Positions 1-9,949 of a stretch of DNA of 64,000 nt are shown here, in pieces. The notes under the pieces are model-generated. The model saw nothing but the letters and a program-made list of their open reading frames with translations, did no database searches and was not told the origin of the DNA. Positions within the stretch are counted from its first letter, which is position 1, and each line of letters starts with the position of its first letter. The stretch is from Candidatus Bathyarchaeota archaeon (GTDB taxonomy: Archaea; Thermoproteota; Bathyarchaeia; Bathyarchaeales; Bathycorpusculaceae). The position numbers and the translations under genes are program-made. The DNA lies in contig CAWGYA010000005.1 in the NCBI GenBank assembly GCA_963826715.1, positions 96,001 through 160,000 of the forward strand. Direction: 5' to 3'.

Positions 1-1273
1 TTCCATAGGTTTTCAATGCACTAGTTGCAGCCAAAATTTCTCTGCGCATCTCTTCTGATGTTTTCCTAACGCTTTCGCCTTCAACCATATCGTAGAAAGT
101 GATTGGATAGCTTTTTCCTTCTAATCTGAAAAGGACTTGCTCATGCACTGTACGGTCGGTACGATGGAAGAAACTATTGTAGGTAGCATAATCAAGAAGC
201 TTAGGCATAATTTCTTGCCAATTAAAGTTATAAGGACCAAGCAGCTTGTCTATGTTGCTTCGATCAAATCTGAGATTTCCACTAAAATATGGCGCCAAAG
301 AAACAAGCGCGTTAGAAACCCGATTATCTTTTCTCTTGAAAAAACGTTGAATTTTTATTAGAGCCCTTATCGAGGAAGCTGACATTGAGATGTAAAAAGG
401 GTTTGGAAGTTTGACTCCAAGATTATTTTTTGCCCAAACCTTAACGAAATCAAGCATTTCTCCAAGTTGAGGCAAAGATTCATGAGGTGACACCACGTGA
501 AATGTTAAGCCATCTGCCTTAGGATCAAACGTAAGTTGTGTTATCGCCTTTGCAACATAGTCAACTGGAACCATATTAATTCTAAAGGAGCAATCAGCGG
601 GGATGAAACGCATTTTGCCAGTTAAATACAATCGCAAGGGAAAATAAATGGTGTTAAAGGTTTTAATTGCCCCATTTTTAGAATCTCCAACAACCATTGA
701 AGGACGAAACACAGAGATAGAAAGATCCTTTTTAGCCGCGCGAACTAAAAGTTCACCCTCATATTTACTTCGCTCATAGTCAGTTGAAAAACCAAAACTG
801 TCTGAAAGCTCCTCCTCACTTACTATCCCAGTTTTGCCTCCAGCCACATAAGCAGTAGAAACATGAGAGAACCGCTCGAGGCGATGGTGTTGATTTATTT
901 TTTGGGCAAATTCTAAAACGTTAGCAGTTCCTTCAATGTTAGGTTTCGCAAGTTTTTCAAACGAGATAACATGAAAATCAGCGGCGGTATGTATTATATG
1001 GGTCACTCTTTCGATTGCCCTATTATACTCTGCTTCATTCATCCCCATATTGGCTGAAGAAATATCGCCGTACAATGGCTCGATACGTGATCCCAAAGCC
1101 TCAATGAGTTCAGGCCAATCCCACCATTCTCTCTCTATTTTCCGGAGGGCTTCATTTTCGTTCTTAGCCCTGACTAAAGCCAGAACAGTTGCCTCTTTAT
1201 CCTCGATAAGGTTTCGGGCTATTTGGGTTCCAATAAAACCTGTGGCTCCCGTTAGAAATATTGTTTTTTTCAA
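1..1273 (-). CDS. Extended SDR / thioester-reductase-domain protein, probably fused to a C-terminal AMP-binding (acyl-CoA synthetase) domain; runs off the left edge
   Basis: Manual translation from TTG at 1273 gives MKKTIFLTGATGFIGTQ (Rossmann TGxxGxxG). The part read near position 1 is open in the same frame and ends ...EILAATSALKTYG, resembling the start of an adenylation domain. Overlaps the stop of the upstream gene. Confidence 0.75.
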   Translation of the reverse strand, partial: MKKTIFLTGATGFIGTQIARNLIEDKEATVLALVRAKNENEALRKIEREWWDWPELIEALGSRIEPLYGDISSANMGMNEAEYNRAIERVTHIIHTAADFHVISFEKLAKPNIEGTANVLEFAQKINQHHRLERFSHVSTAYVAGGKTGIVSEEELSDSFGFSTDYERSKYEGELLVRAAKKDLSISVFRPSMVVGDSKNGAIKTFNTIYFPLRLYLTGKMRFIPADCSFRINMVPVDYVAKAITQLTFDPKADGLTFHVVSPHESLPQLGEMLDFVKVWAKNNLGVKLPNPFYISMSASSIRALIKIQRFFKRKDNRVSNALVSLAPYFSGNLRFDRSNIDKLLGPYNFNWQEIMPKLLDYATYNSFFHRTDRTVHEQVLFRLEGKSYPITFYDMVEGESVRKTSEEMRREILAATSALKTYG

Positions 1274-2496
1274 TTTAGCCACTCCGGATAATTATTTGCT
1301 ATGAAAGATCTGAATAATTGCACATTTCTTTTTTCAGATTCTCGGTATCTTTCAAAGCCTACTTGGAGCTTAGCTTTTATTGAATCATTTTGATTAAAGA
1401 TTGTTTGAACGTTATCACTCAAAACTTTGTATCTATTAGGATTCTCATGATCCACAAATAATTCAGGCATCCCTAAATCATTATAATAGTCTAGAATCCT
1501 AAGGTCATGCCCTATAGCAGTTTGAGGAACTTGGTTTGGCAATGCAAGAACCCCTGCATGATATCTTGACGTGATTAGCAAATCTAAACTCCTTAGAATG
1601 CTTGCCATCTGGGAAGCATTGTATTGGATTGAACTAAAAACTCTTGTTCTATCAGCATGTTTCATGTGCTGCTGGATTTTTTTAGTGAATGCAGTGTCTA
1701 AGCCTTCCATGCTTAAGAGAGCTATGTCTTTATCGTATTTTTCCACTAATTCATCTGCTTGAACAGCAAGAACATCAACTAATAATTCACTTTTTTCTTG
1801 GCAAGTCTTGGAATGCTGGTAGTAATACGGCCAGCGGTAACAGTACTGTTTTTTGTCCCAAAGCCTAATTTGAACAGGCCACATATAGATGTCTTCAGCA
1901 GCTATTCCCACAACACTAGACGCCTCAGGCCGCACCCGTTTCAATATGTCATGATCTTGGGGTTTGGGTTGAAACGCAAAAGCATTATCCGCGGTGACTT
2001 CAATGGGGGCTTTAACTCCCCATTTATGAAGCCGATCAGCCGCATGCTTTGTCCTTGCAAGTATCAAGCTGGTTTTGCTTGCCTCACGGCGAATCAACCA
2101 GCGGTTGAAACGCGATGCACTGCCAGCATCTACCGAGTAGGCGACACAGGGTTTCTTCATTGAATGCGCGTATCTTGTTGCAAGCAAATAATACCATAGG
2201 AGCGCTGACCCCCAAGTATCCATGTAACAGCTGCCCTCCACAAGCATGATGAGATCATTTTCCTTAACAAGATTTCTTATGTCAACAAAAAACAACGAGG
2301 GTCTAACTGATTTGATTTTAAGGTTCTGGGTTTCTGCCAGATACCTGCGAAGATTTTCTTCGTTGAGGGAGGGGACAGTAATGGTGGCATCTTGGCCAAG
2401 AACTGATCTGATTTCATCAATAGCAACAAGAAGCTTAGCTTCCGCTCCCGTATTATTTGCGCCATTATACCCCACCAACAAAATCCGTGGCTTCAA
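1270..2496 (-). CDS. Polysaccharide pyruvyl transferase family protein
   Basis: N-terminal GYNGANNTGAEA (GxxGxxNxGD-like), 'TADNAF' and 'LLITSRYHAGVLA' (RxH) motifs typical of the WcaK/CsaB family. Confidence 0.8.
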   Translation of the reverse strand: MKPRILLVGYNGANNTGAEAKLLVAIDEIRSVLGQDATITVPSLNEENLRRYLAETQNLKIKSVRPSLFFVDIRNLVKENDLIMLVEGSCYMDTWGSALLWYYLLATRYAHSMKKPCVAYSVDAGSASRFNRWLIRREASKTSLILARTKHAADRLHKWGVKAPIEVTADNAFAFQPKPQDHDILKRVRPEASSVVGIAAEDIYMWPVQIRLWDKKQYCYRWPYYYQHSKTCQEKSELLVDVLAVQADELVEKYDKDIALLSMEGLDTAFTKKIQQHMKHADRTRVFSSIQYNASQMASILRSLDLLITSRYHAGVLALPNQVPQTAIGHDLRILDYYNDLGMPELFVDHENPNRYKVLSDNVQTIFNQNDSIKAKLQVGFERYRESEKRNVQLFRSFIANNYPEWLN

Positions 2497-3003
2497 CTAA
2501 ATTCCACCCCTACTCATTATTTTCAGCTTTTTGCCAAATTCAAAGTCCAACTATTTATTGTCAATGATTCCCCAAATATCCCCTGTGAAATTTGGTTAGA
2601 GATTGACTTTAAGATTTGTCTTCCAACCCATTTCTTCAAATTTTGTCCACCAGACCAGTTCTCCCCCGCTTTCCTCGATAGTTTTAACGACGATATAAAT
2701 AAGGCTATTTTAGTTTCTAATTCTTTTCTGATCCTTGACGAAATCTTCCCGTTTAATTCTGCATAATTCTCAATCACAAACCTAAACTGAGAAATTTAGA
2801 TACCGATAGATCATAAAGAAGGTAAGGTAAATTCTTTCAAGTCATTTACGAAATTATCTTTAGACTTTAAAAACCTGGGATTAAACACGCAGGAAACTCG
2901 CTACAAACACAAACCTGTTACTTAATGACAACTTTTGTTAAAATAAAGAAATGTTTATCAAGTCAAGCTATACAATATAGAATCTTCTGGGAGAACTTAA
3001 ATT

Positions 3004-3177
3004 TTGACAATCCAATGTCCTGAATGCGGATACAACTTTTCAGATAAAGCCGATTTCCAAAAATATTCTGCAACAGGAGAAACAATCCAATGCCCAGTAT
3101 GCAAAACCGAACTAATGCTGAACAGAGACGAAGAGCTCGAAACAATAAATGTAGACCACATTGACGACGAAAAATAA
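3004..3177 (+). CDS. Small zinc-ribbon protein (CPECG...CPVC), LysW-like fold, 57 aa; not in ORF track
   Basis: Manual translation MTIQCPECGYNFSDKADFQKYSATGETIQCPVCKTELMLNRDEELETINVDHIDDEK: two CxxC pairs, acidic tail, and GGAG upstream. Confidence 0.7.
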   Translation: MTIQCPECGYNFSDKADFQKYSATGETIQCPVCKTELMLNRDEELETINVDHIDDEK

Positions 3178-3312
3178 GTTGCTTGATAGAGAAAAATCCC
3201 TGTTCAACTTTAAGATTCGAAAACAGTTTTACCTTCAAAAACGGTCTATTCAGAACATAAAAAAATTAGGCATAAAAATTGGCTTAAGGTATTGCCCCCA
3301 CTTTTTCCAAAC

Positions 3313-4557
3313 TTAAAGGAAAAATGGCAAGATAGAACCTGCCAACACCAATCCCAAGCAGGCAACAGCTACAATAACTGTTGTTTGATAAACACGTTTC
3401 TCGCTCATCCGCTTCCCAGCAAACCTCTTGAGAGTTATGTTAAAGATTCTGCCACCGTCAAGGGGATAAATCGGCAAAGCGTTAAAGACCGCTAAATTAA
3501 AATTGACGAACCAAACCCAGAAAAGCAAGTTTGCAAAAATTGCCCAACTTGGTCCAAGCGGACTTGAATAGAAAGATGCTAAGGCATCTGAGAAGGGAAT
3601 GTATCCTTCGGCAAGTGTTGGGGGAACCATGTACATAGAGAGGCGCTCAATAGAGAATGATTGGTAATTGACCAACCGTTCCTCAGTCAATAAATCAAAA
3701 CAAGTGATCCCCATAACGGTACGGTTCTCGGAAACAGTCACATTAACAGACGTCGTAAACTGGTACTGCCAACTATCACCACGCACAACTGTCACTTGCA
3801 TAATGTCCCCTACAGTTTTGTTATCCAAAATGGTCCTCAACTCCGTTAGATCAGTAACCGACATGTTATCAATAGAAACAAACACATCTTTAGCCAACAA
3901 CCCAGCATCTTGAGCAGGCATACCAGCTGTAACATCATTAATGTAGACCCCATTAACCATTGGAGTCAAGCCCCCAACTAAAACGATAAGACACAAAAGG
4001 CAAGCAGCACCCACAACTATGTTTCCGCCCACACCCGCCGCCATAACTTTTAGAGAAGGTTTGAACTTTGCAATCTTTAGCTGCTCCTCATCAACATCTA
4101 CAAAGGCACCTATAGGAACAATCAAAAAGAACAACAAACCACTAGACTTAACCTTAAAACCATTATTTCTAGCAACGATTCCATGCGCTCCCTCATGAAG
4201 CGCAATAGCAACCACAATAGCAACCCACCCATAGACTATGGGAAGCATCGGATTAATTCCAGGCAACAAAAGAAGCGCACCAGGACCCACCTCTTTCAAA
4301 ACCTCTCCAACCGCAGGGTTATTTATCAAACTGATCACGCTACTGATAATTAGGAAAAGCGCAATTCCAGCCACCAAAGGCACCAAACCAAGAAACAGCC
4401 ACGAAATATAACGAGCAAAACGCGAAGCCCCTAACCTATCAAAAATAGGCGAGAAACTCTTAGTCCTCACAGTCAACAAAGGAAACTTGAAATCAACTCT
4501 TTTTTCTTTACTCTCTTCATTGGTTGGCTGCTCTTCGCCTTCGATGGTTTGTGACAC
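3313..4557 (-). CDS. Site-2 protease (M50) intramembrane zinc metalloprotease with PDZ domain
   Basis: HEGAH (HExxH), NALPIYPLDGG (NxxPxxxLDG), central PDZ-like segment, multiple TM helices. Confidence 0.93.
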   Translation of the reverse strand: MSQTIEGEEQPTNEESKEKRVDFKFPLLTVRTKSFSPIFDRLGASRFARYISWLFLGLVPLVAGIALFLIISSVISLINNPAVGEVLKEVGPGALLLLPGINPMLPIVYGWVAIVVAIALHEGAHGIVARNNGFKVKSSGLLFFLIVPIGAFVDVDEEQLKIAKFKPSLKVMAAGVGGNIVVGAACLLCLIVLVGGLTPMVNGVYINDVTAGMPAQDAGLLAKDVFVSIDNMSVTDLTELRTILDNKTVGDIMQVTVVRGDSWQYQFTTSVNVTVSENRTVMGITCFDLLTEERLVNYQSFSIERLSMYMVPPTLAEGYIPFSDALASFYSSPLGPSWAIFANLLFWVWFVNFNLAVFNALPIYPLDGGRIFNITLKRFAGKRMSEKRVYQTTVIVAVACLGLVLAGSILPFFL

Positions 4558-4752
4558 AGTTGAAATCGCTCAGCTAAAAACCGGATTTCAACAAAATAAA
4601 CATAGCGCCAATAATTAGCATTTGCTTTTATTCCTACTTTAGCCATTGGGGCAAGTTATGCTTGACCCTTTTTTAAAAGAGTGTTGCTGTAACAACCCTA
4701 CAACAAATAATTATTACCAACCGAGTTAACGCTGTTATGAGGACAAAACCTT

Positions 4753-5001
4753 TTGAACATCGAAATTTCAATTAAAGGAAAAAATGTTTTAACAGCAACT
4801 TTGCTCATCGCAATAATGACTCTAAGCTCATTCGCCATCTTCTCCCCAGTCACCGCTGCAGAACCAACCCTAATGGACCCATTAACTATAGATAAATGGG
4901 TAAATCAAATCACTGGTCCACCTCCAGTTTACATTCCACACGTAATCAAAGACCCACAAGGCAAAGGCATTGACATACCAATACACCGTAACAATGGATG
5001 A
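4753..5001 (+). pseudogene. N-terminal part (signal peptide plus first residues) of the downstream multicopper oxidase, separated by a frameshift near 4965
   Basis: Hydrophobic signal peptide then 'LMDPLTIDKWVNQITGPPPVY', typical of CotA-like N-termini. Removing one G from aaaGgca joins it to the 4970 frame (GKALTYQYTV). Confidence 0.6.
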
Positions 5002-6847
5002 ACAATTACAACAAGTCCTACCCCCAGGGAATCCAATGACTCCTGTATGGGGATACGGAGGACTCGCCAAAGACGCAGTTACAGGCAAATACTTAGGCTA
5101 CGTACTTAACTCACCAGGCCCAAGCTTCGAAGCCGTAAGAGGAATTCCATCAGTAGTCAAATGGGTAAACAACATTAACACACCCTACATGTTCCCAGTC
5201 GATCCAACACTACACTGGGCAAACCCCACAAACATCCCAATGATGGATGCAATCGATCAAGCTGGAGCTGGCTTAGCACCCCCATACCTCCCCGGATACA
5301 ACGGAGCACCAGTCGGCGACACTAATCCAAACGGATGGAACGCACAATCACCAGTCCCACTTGTCCCACACCTTCACGGAGGCGAAGTCTCATCACTATA
5401 CGACGGAGGCCCAACCGCATGGTGGACAAATGGTGGCACACAAGGCTCAACCTACAATAGCCTATACCCAACAGCATCTAACGCAGCAGTATACTACTAT
5501 CCAAACGAACAACCACCAACAACATTGTGGTACCATGACCACGCCTTGGGTTTAACAAGAATAAACGTCATGTCAGGCCTTGCAGGATTCTATCTTCTAC
5601 GCGACTCAAAAGACAATCTAGGCAATAACCTCCCAAGCGGCGCATACGAAGTACCACTAGCAATACAAGACAGAACATTCCAAAGCGACGGATCATTCTA
5701 CTTCCCAGCAAACGAAGCAACAAACCCAGACGTACACCCCTACTGGTCACCTGAATTCTTCGGAGACACCATCATGGTAAACGGCTTAGTCTGGCCAAAC
5801 ATGGACGTATCAAAAACCATGTACCGCTTCAGACTCCTAGACGGATCCAACGCACGCTTCTACACACTTAGCCTCGAAACTGACGGCGGCGACCCAGTAG
5901 AATTCACACAAATCGGCACAGACGGAGGATACATGAAATCTGCAGTAAAACAAACTGAACTAACAATCGCCCCAGGCGAAAGAGCAGATATACTAATAGA
6001 CTTCTCAAACATTGCACCTGGCACCAAAATTCTAATGAAAAACACCGCAAACGCCCCATTCCCAGACGGCGACCCAGTAGACGAAGACACAACCGGACAA
6101 ATCATGCAATTCACAGTCACAGATAAGCACGTACCCAAACAACAGAAACAAGACGCACACCAAACAGAAGTTGCAACAAAACCAAACAAAATACTCAACA
6201 AAGACCTCAAAGGCGCATGGCCAACCCTACCAGAACCAACAAACACAAGAACCATGACCCTGTGGGAAGTAATGGGCGACGGAGGCCCACTTGAGGTGCT
6301 AGTAAACGGCCAAAAATGGGCTGCACCAATCTCAGAAGATCCCACAGTAGGATCAACTGAAGAATGGGTAATAGTCAACTTGACCGGCGACACACATCCA
6401 ATACACTTGCACTTAACACAATTCCAACTCGTAGGACGCTACACACTAACTAACGAAGGAACCGATTACTCCGACGAATGGACATCAATAAACGGAGAAC
6501 CACCATTCATGACAACACCAACCGAAGTACCCATCGACGATTACATTGTCCCCGGATCATTCGTAGGACCCAACCCCAACGAATACGCATGGAAAGACAC
6601 CATACAAATGAACCCAGGCGAAGTCACTATAATACGCGTAAAATTCGCCCCCATTGACGGATCAGCAAAGTACCCATTTGACCCAACAGAGGGCCCAGGA
6701 TACGTATGGCACTGCCACATCATAGACCATGAAGACAACGAAATGATGCGCCCATACATCGTAACCAAAGCAACACCAACTCACCCCCACCCCCACCCAC
6801 TACCAAAACCCCACAAATTTTTCAACTGGAACTTTGGAAGATGTTAA
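4970..6847 (+). CDS. Multicopper oxidase (CotA/bilirubin oxidase-like)
   Basis: All four Cu-binding motifs present: HLHG, WYHDH, HPIHLH, WHCHIIDHEDNEMM. His/Pro-rich C-terminal tail. Confidence 0.93.
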   Translation: MTYQYTVTMDEQLQQVLPPGNPMTPVWGYGGLAKDAVTGKYLGYVLNSPGPSFEAVRGIPSVVKWVNNINTPYMFPVDPTLHWANPTNIPMMDAIDQAGAGLAPPYLPGYNGAPVGDTNPNGWNAQSPVPLVPHLHGGEVSSLYDGGPTAWWTNGGTQGSTYNSLYPTASNAAVYYYPNEQPPTTLWYHDHALGLTRINVMSGLAGFYLLRDSKDNLGNNLPSGAYEVPLAIQDRTFQSDGSFYFPANEATNPDVHPYWSPEFFGDTIMVNGLVWPNMDVSKTMYRFRLLDGSNARFYTLSLETDGGDPVEFTQIGTDGGYMKSAVKQTELTIAPGERADILIDFSNIAPGTKILMKNTANAPFPDGDPVDEDTTGQIMQFTVTDKHVPKQQKQDAHQTEVATKPNKILNKDLKGAWPTLPEPTNTRTMTLWEVMGDGGPLEVLVNGQKWAAPISEDPTVGSTEEWVIVNLTGDTHPIHLHLTQFQLVGRYTLTNEGTDYSDEWTSINGEPPFMTTPTEVPIDDYIVPGSFVGPNPNEYAWKDTIQMNPGEVTIIRVKFAPIDGSAKYPFDPTEGPGYVWHCHIIDHEDNEMMRPYIVTKATPTHPHPHPLPKPHKFFNWNFGRC

Positions 6848-7275
6848 ACACCTCCACCAAACAGATCTAGCGCTTTATAGCTAGATCATCTCTACTCTTT
6901 TTTTAAAAAACCCACAACAAAAAAATCCAATTCTAATATCAGAAATCAGTTTTTAGATTAATGACGGCAATAATTTCAATGCTACCTAAATTTATCTTCA
7001 GTACCGCAAAAACCCGGTCAAACCCTCTCATATTAACCTTATCAACTCAAACAGGTGAATAAGCTACTTCCCATTTCTACGCATAAACCCAATTGGTTCC
7101 AATGACAGAGAAAAAAACCCGCCAAAACATTTAAAACCGGATTTTACAACAAGCTCCATTTGTGGCACTACCGTAAACTGTTTGGACGGTAGGAAAAATG
7201 ACAAAAAAATAATTTTGAAAATACATATATATTAAAAACACAGATTGCCCCTATAAAATTAAAGGGTGTTTAAGT

Positions 7276-8865
7276 ATGAATTTGAGAAGACCGAACGCGA
7301 GTGAGTCAACCAACACATTTAATCGATCAAAAGATGTATCGCCAATGTCGGGCATATGTTCAAACTGCATCGATGGATGTAAAGGTGGTTGCGAAATTTG
7401 GTTATCAACATTTAGAGGACGCGAAGTACTCTATCCTGGACCATTTGGAGGCATAACCGCTGGGGCAGATAAAAATTACCCTGTAGATTATTCTCATCTG
7501 AACATTCAAGGCTACGCCCGAGGTGCAAAAGGACTACCTGAAGGAGTAGAAGCAGGACCCGATACAGCACTTTTTCCTAAAGTAAATACCGAAACAGAGT
7601 ACGGATGGGATAAAAAAGTAAAGCTACGAGTTCCAATATTCACTGGCGCATTAGGCTCAACCGAGATAGCTAGAAAAAATTGGGAGCATTTTGCTATAGG
7701 AGCAGCTATTTCAGGAATTACACTGGTTTGCGGTGAAAATGTTTGCGGCATCGATCCAATGCTTGAGTTGGATAACAAGGGCAAAATTACGAAATCACCC
7801 GAGATGGATCGACGAATAGAAATTTACAGAAAGTTCTATGAAGGTTTCGGCGAACTCCTCATCCAAATGAACGTAGAGGACACCCGATTTGGAGTAGCCG
7901 AATATGTGTCTTCAAAACATAATATGGATACTATTGAACTCAAGTGGGGACAAGGAGCCAAATGTATTGGCGGAGAAATCAAAGTTCAGAGCTTAAAGCG
8001 CGCAATTGAGCTAAAAAATAGAGGTTACGTTGTTTCCCCTGATCCAACATTACAAGAGAACCAAACTGCCTTTGAAAAAGGAGCAATAAAAGAGTTTGAG
8101 CGACACTCCAGACTAGGTTTTGTTACCAAAGAAGCCTTCTTAGAAGAAGTTGACCGTCTCCGAGAAATAGGATTCAAACGAATTACGTTAAAAACTGGAG
8201 CTTACTCTGCTGTAGAACTTGCTATGGCAATTCGATATGGCGCTGAAGCAAAACTAGATTTACTTACAATCGACGGAGCACCAGGCGGCACAGGAATGAG
8301 TCCTTGGCCAATGATGAATGAATGGGGTATTCCAACATTCTATTTGCAAGCTCTCGCATACAGTTACTGCGAAAAGCTAGCACAAAAAGGCATAAGAGTT
8401 CCTGATATTGCTATGGCGGGCGGTTTCTCGTCGGAGGATGGTGTTTTCAAGGCACTTGCAATGGGCAGCCCCTACTTTAAAGCAGTTTGCATGGGAAGAG
8501 GCTTGATGATTCCAGGTATGGTCGGAAAGAACATAGGAACTTGGTTGGCTGAAAACAATTTGCCTAAATCGGTTTCTAAGTACGGCAACTCTGCGAACGA
8601 AATCTTTGTTGCTTACGCTGAACTCGAAGAAAAGTATGGTTCAAGGATGAAAGACATACCTTTGGGTGCTGTAGGTATCTATACATACTGTCAGAAATTC
8701 AAAGTTGGATTGCAGCAATTAATGGCTGGGAGCAGAAACTTCAGTCTCACAAATATATCCCGCAAGGACCTTATGGCACTGACAGAGGATGCATCAAAAA
8801 TCTCGGGATTACCCTACGTAATGACTGCATACAGCGAAGAAGCAAACAAAATCTTGGAAGAATAA
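7276..8865 (+). CDS. FMN-binding glutamate synthase family protein (stand-alone archaeal type)
   Basis: IELKWGQGAK-x-GGE, IDGAPGGTGMSP and AGG motifs of the glutamate synthase FMN domain. N-terminal Cys cluster CxxCxxxCxxxC. Confidence 0.9.
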   Translation: MNLRRPNASESTNTFNRSKDVSPMSGICSNCIDGCKGGCEIWLSTFRGREVLYPGPFGGITAGADKNYPVDYSHLNIQGYARGAKGLPEGVEAGPDTALFPKVNTETEYGWDKKVKLRVPIFTGALGSTEIARKNWEHFAIGAAISGITLVCGENVCGIDPMLELDNKGKITKSPEMDRRIEIYRKFYEGFGELLIQMNVEDTRFGVAEYVSSKHNMDTIELKWGQGAKCIGGEIKVQSLKRAIELKNRGYVVSPDPTLQENQTAFEKGAIKEFERHSRLGFVTKEAFLEEVDRLREIGFKRITLKTGAYSAVELAMAIRYGAEAKLDLLTIDGAPGGTGMSPWPMMNEWGIPTFYLQALAYSYCEKLAQKGIRVPDIAMAGGFSSEDGVFKALAMGSPYFKAVCMGRGLMIPGMVGKNIGTWLAENNLPKSVSKYGNSANEIFVAYAELEEKYGSRMKDIPLGAVGIYTYCQKFKVGLQQLMAGSRNFSLTNISRKDLMALTEDASKISGLPYVMTAYSEEANKILEE

Positions 8866-9354
8866 AATCTTCCGCTCTATTTTCTTTCTAACATTTTCAT
8901 TTTTAATCAAGATTTAGTGTTTTTTAAGCTGGATTACGTTGACTGTGCAGCTTCTGTTGTTTTCCAATATCACAAAAAGCTTTCAGGTAAATAGCAAAAA
9001 AGGTTTACACCCATTCCCTACCCTGGATTGTTTTGACATTATTTGACAAAGAATGCCAACTAAAGCCAATGATCATTTATATCAAGACAACTTTTCTTAA
9101 TCCTAAGGCTTAAACTGAACTTCAAAAAAACACCCCATTATGCAGACTAAATTGGCATTTAACAAAAACATACTCATTTTCTGCAAACAATCAAATGGAG
9201 TAATACCACAATCAGCATGGCAAGATAGCTAGAAAAATGCTACCTCTTTTGAGCAAACCTGACCTACACAAAACACCCATCATATTAACATTATCAACCC
9301 AATTAAGTTGATAATCTGTATCCTACTTCTGCGCATAACCCCCAATTGATTGCT

Positions 9355-9492
9355 ATGCAAGAAAGCACAAAACAGAAACACGAATTCAAAAGATACCAAA
9401 TAGAAGCAGTTTTTATTTTACAGCTAAAAATTCTCAACGAGCAAGCACCCAAAATTATCCAAACATTATTCAGCAGAGGCCAAAAAACATGA
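9355..9492 (+). CDS. Small hypothetical protein (45 aa), first gene of terminase module 1
   Basis: MQESTKQKHEFKRYQIEAVFILQLKILNEQAPKIIQTLFSRGQKT. Its TGA overlaps the next ATG (ATGA), suggesting translational coupling. Confidence 0.4.
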   Translation: MQESTKQKHEFKRYQIEAVFILQLKILNEQAPKIIQTLFSRGQKT

Positions 9493-9692
9493 CAAAAGGC
9501 AAACCCTGGGCAATCGAAGACGAAAAAAACCTCAAAGACTGGTTAAAGATGGGTGTTAGCCTTGAATCATTAGTCTTCAGTTTCGAGGGAAAATATTCAA
9601 AAAATGCTATTTACCAAAAAATGACAGATTTAGAGTTGAAAGAAGAAGAAGAAGCAACCCCCCACCGAAGTCTTCTTCTTCTTTTGAAATGA
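9489..9692 (+). CDS. Myb/HTH-like small protein; probable N-terminal half of a terminase small-subunit-like protein
   Basis: KGKPWAIEDEKNLKDW...KYSKNAIYQKM resembles a Myb/SANT-like helix-turn-helix. Lies just upstream of TerL. Confidence 0.6.
   Translation: MTKGKPWAIEDEKNLKDWLKMGVSLESLVFSFEGKYSKNAIYQKMTDLELKEEEEATPHRSLLLLLK
9639..9684 (+). repeat. 14-bp perfect inverted repeat AAAGAAGAAGAAGA / TCTTCTTCTTCTTT with a C6-containing loop
   Basis: Read directly: arms at 9639-9652 and 9671-9684, loop AGCAACCCCCCACCGAAG. A near-identical inverted copy lies at about 33481-33525. Confidence 0.9.
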
Positions 9693-9949
9693 CACTGTCT
9701 TTGCCAGAAGACCTGCCAAGTGTTGAAACAGCTCTAAAAACACTCAGTGCAGCCCTAAAACTACTTGAAACCCCGCAACTGGAAAAAACTGAAACCCTTC
9801 GCTTAAAAACAATCATACATGGCGTAAAAATCTACAAAGAACTCTTCGAAGACTACGTTGACTATCGCGGTCTTGAGGAGGAACTCTCAGAGGCGAACAA
9901 AAAATATGCCGAGATTGTCAAAAAAATGCAGAACGCTCAATCCAAGTAG
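9689..9949 (+). CDS. Helical/coiled-coil small protein; probable C-terminal half of the terminase small-subunit-like protein
   Basis: LPEDLPSVETALK... followed by a coiled coil. It is in the -1 frame relative to 9489..9692 and overlaps the TerL start. Confidence 0.6.
   Translation: MTLSLPEDLPSVETALKTLSAALKLLETPQLEKTETLRLKTIIHGVKIYKELFEDYVDYRGLEEELSEANKKYAEIVKKMQNAQSK

Noticed and set aside
2523-3238. Minus-strand ORFs 2523-2777 and 2963-3238
   Set aside because: No motifs. The second is the shadow of the + strand zinc-ribbon microprotein, and the first may be a decayed fragment but cannot be supported.
7168-7192. Hairpin CTACCGT...ACGGTAG upstream of glutamate synthase
   Set aside because: Could be regulatory, but it does not match the NrpR box (GGAA-N6-TTCC) and a single 7-bp stem is weak evidence.
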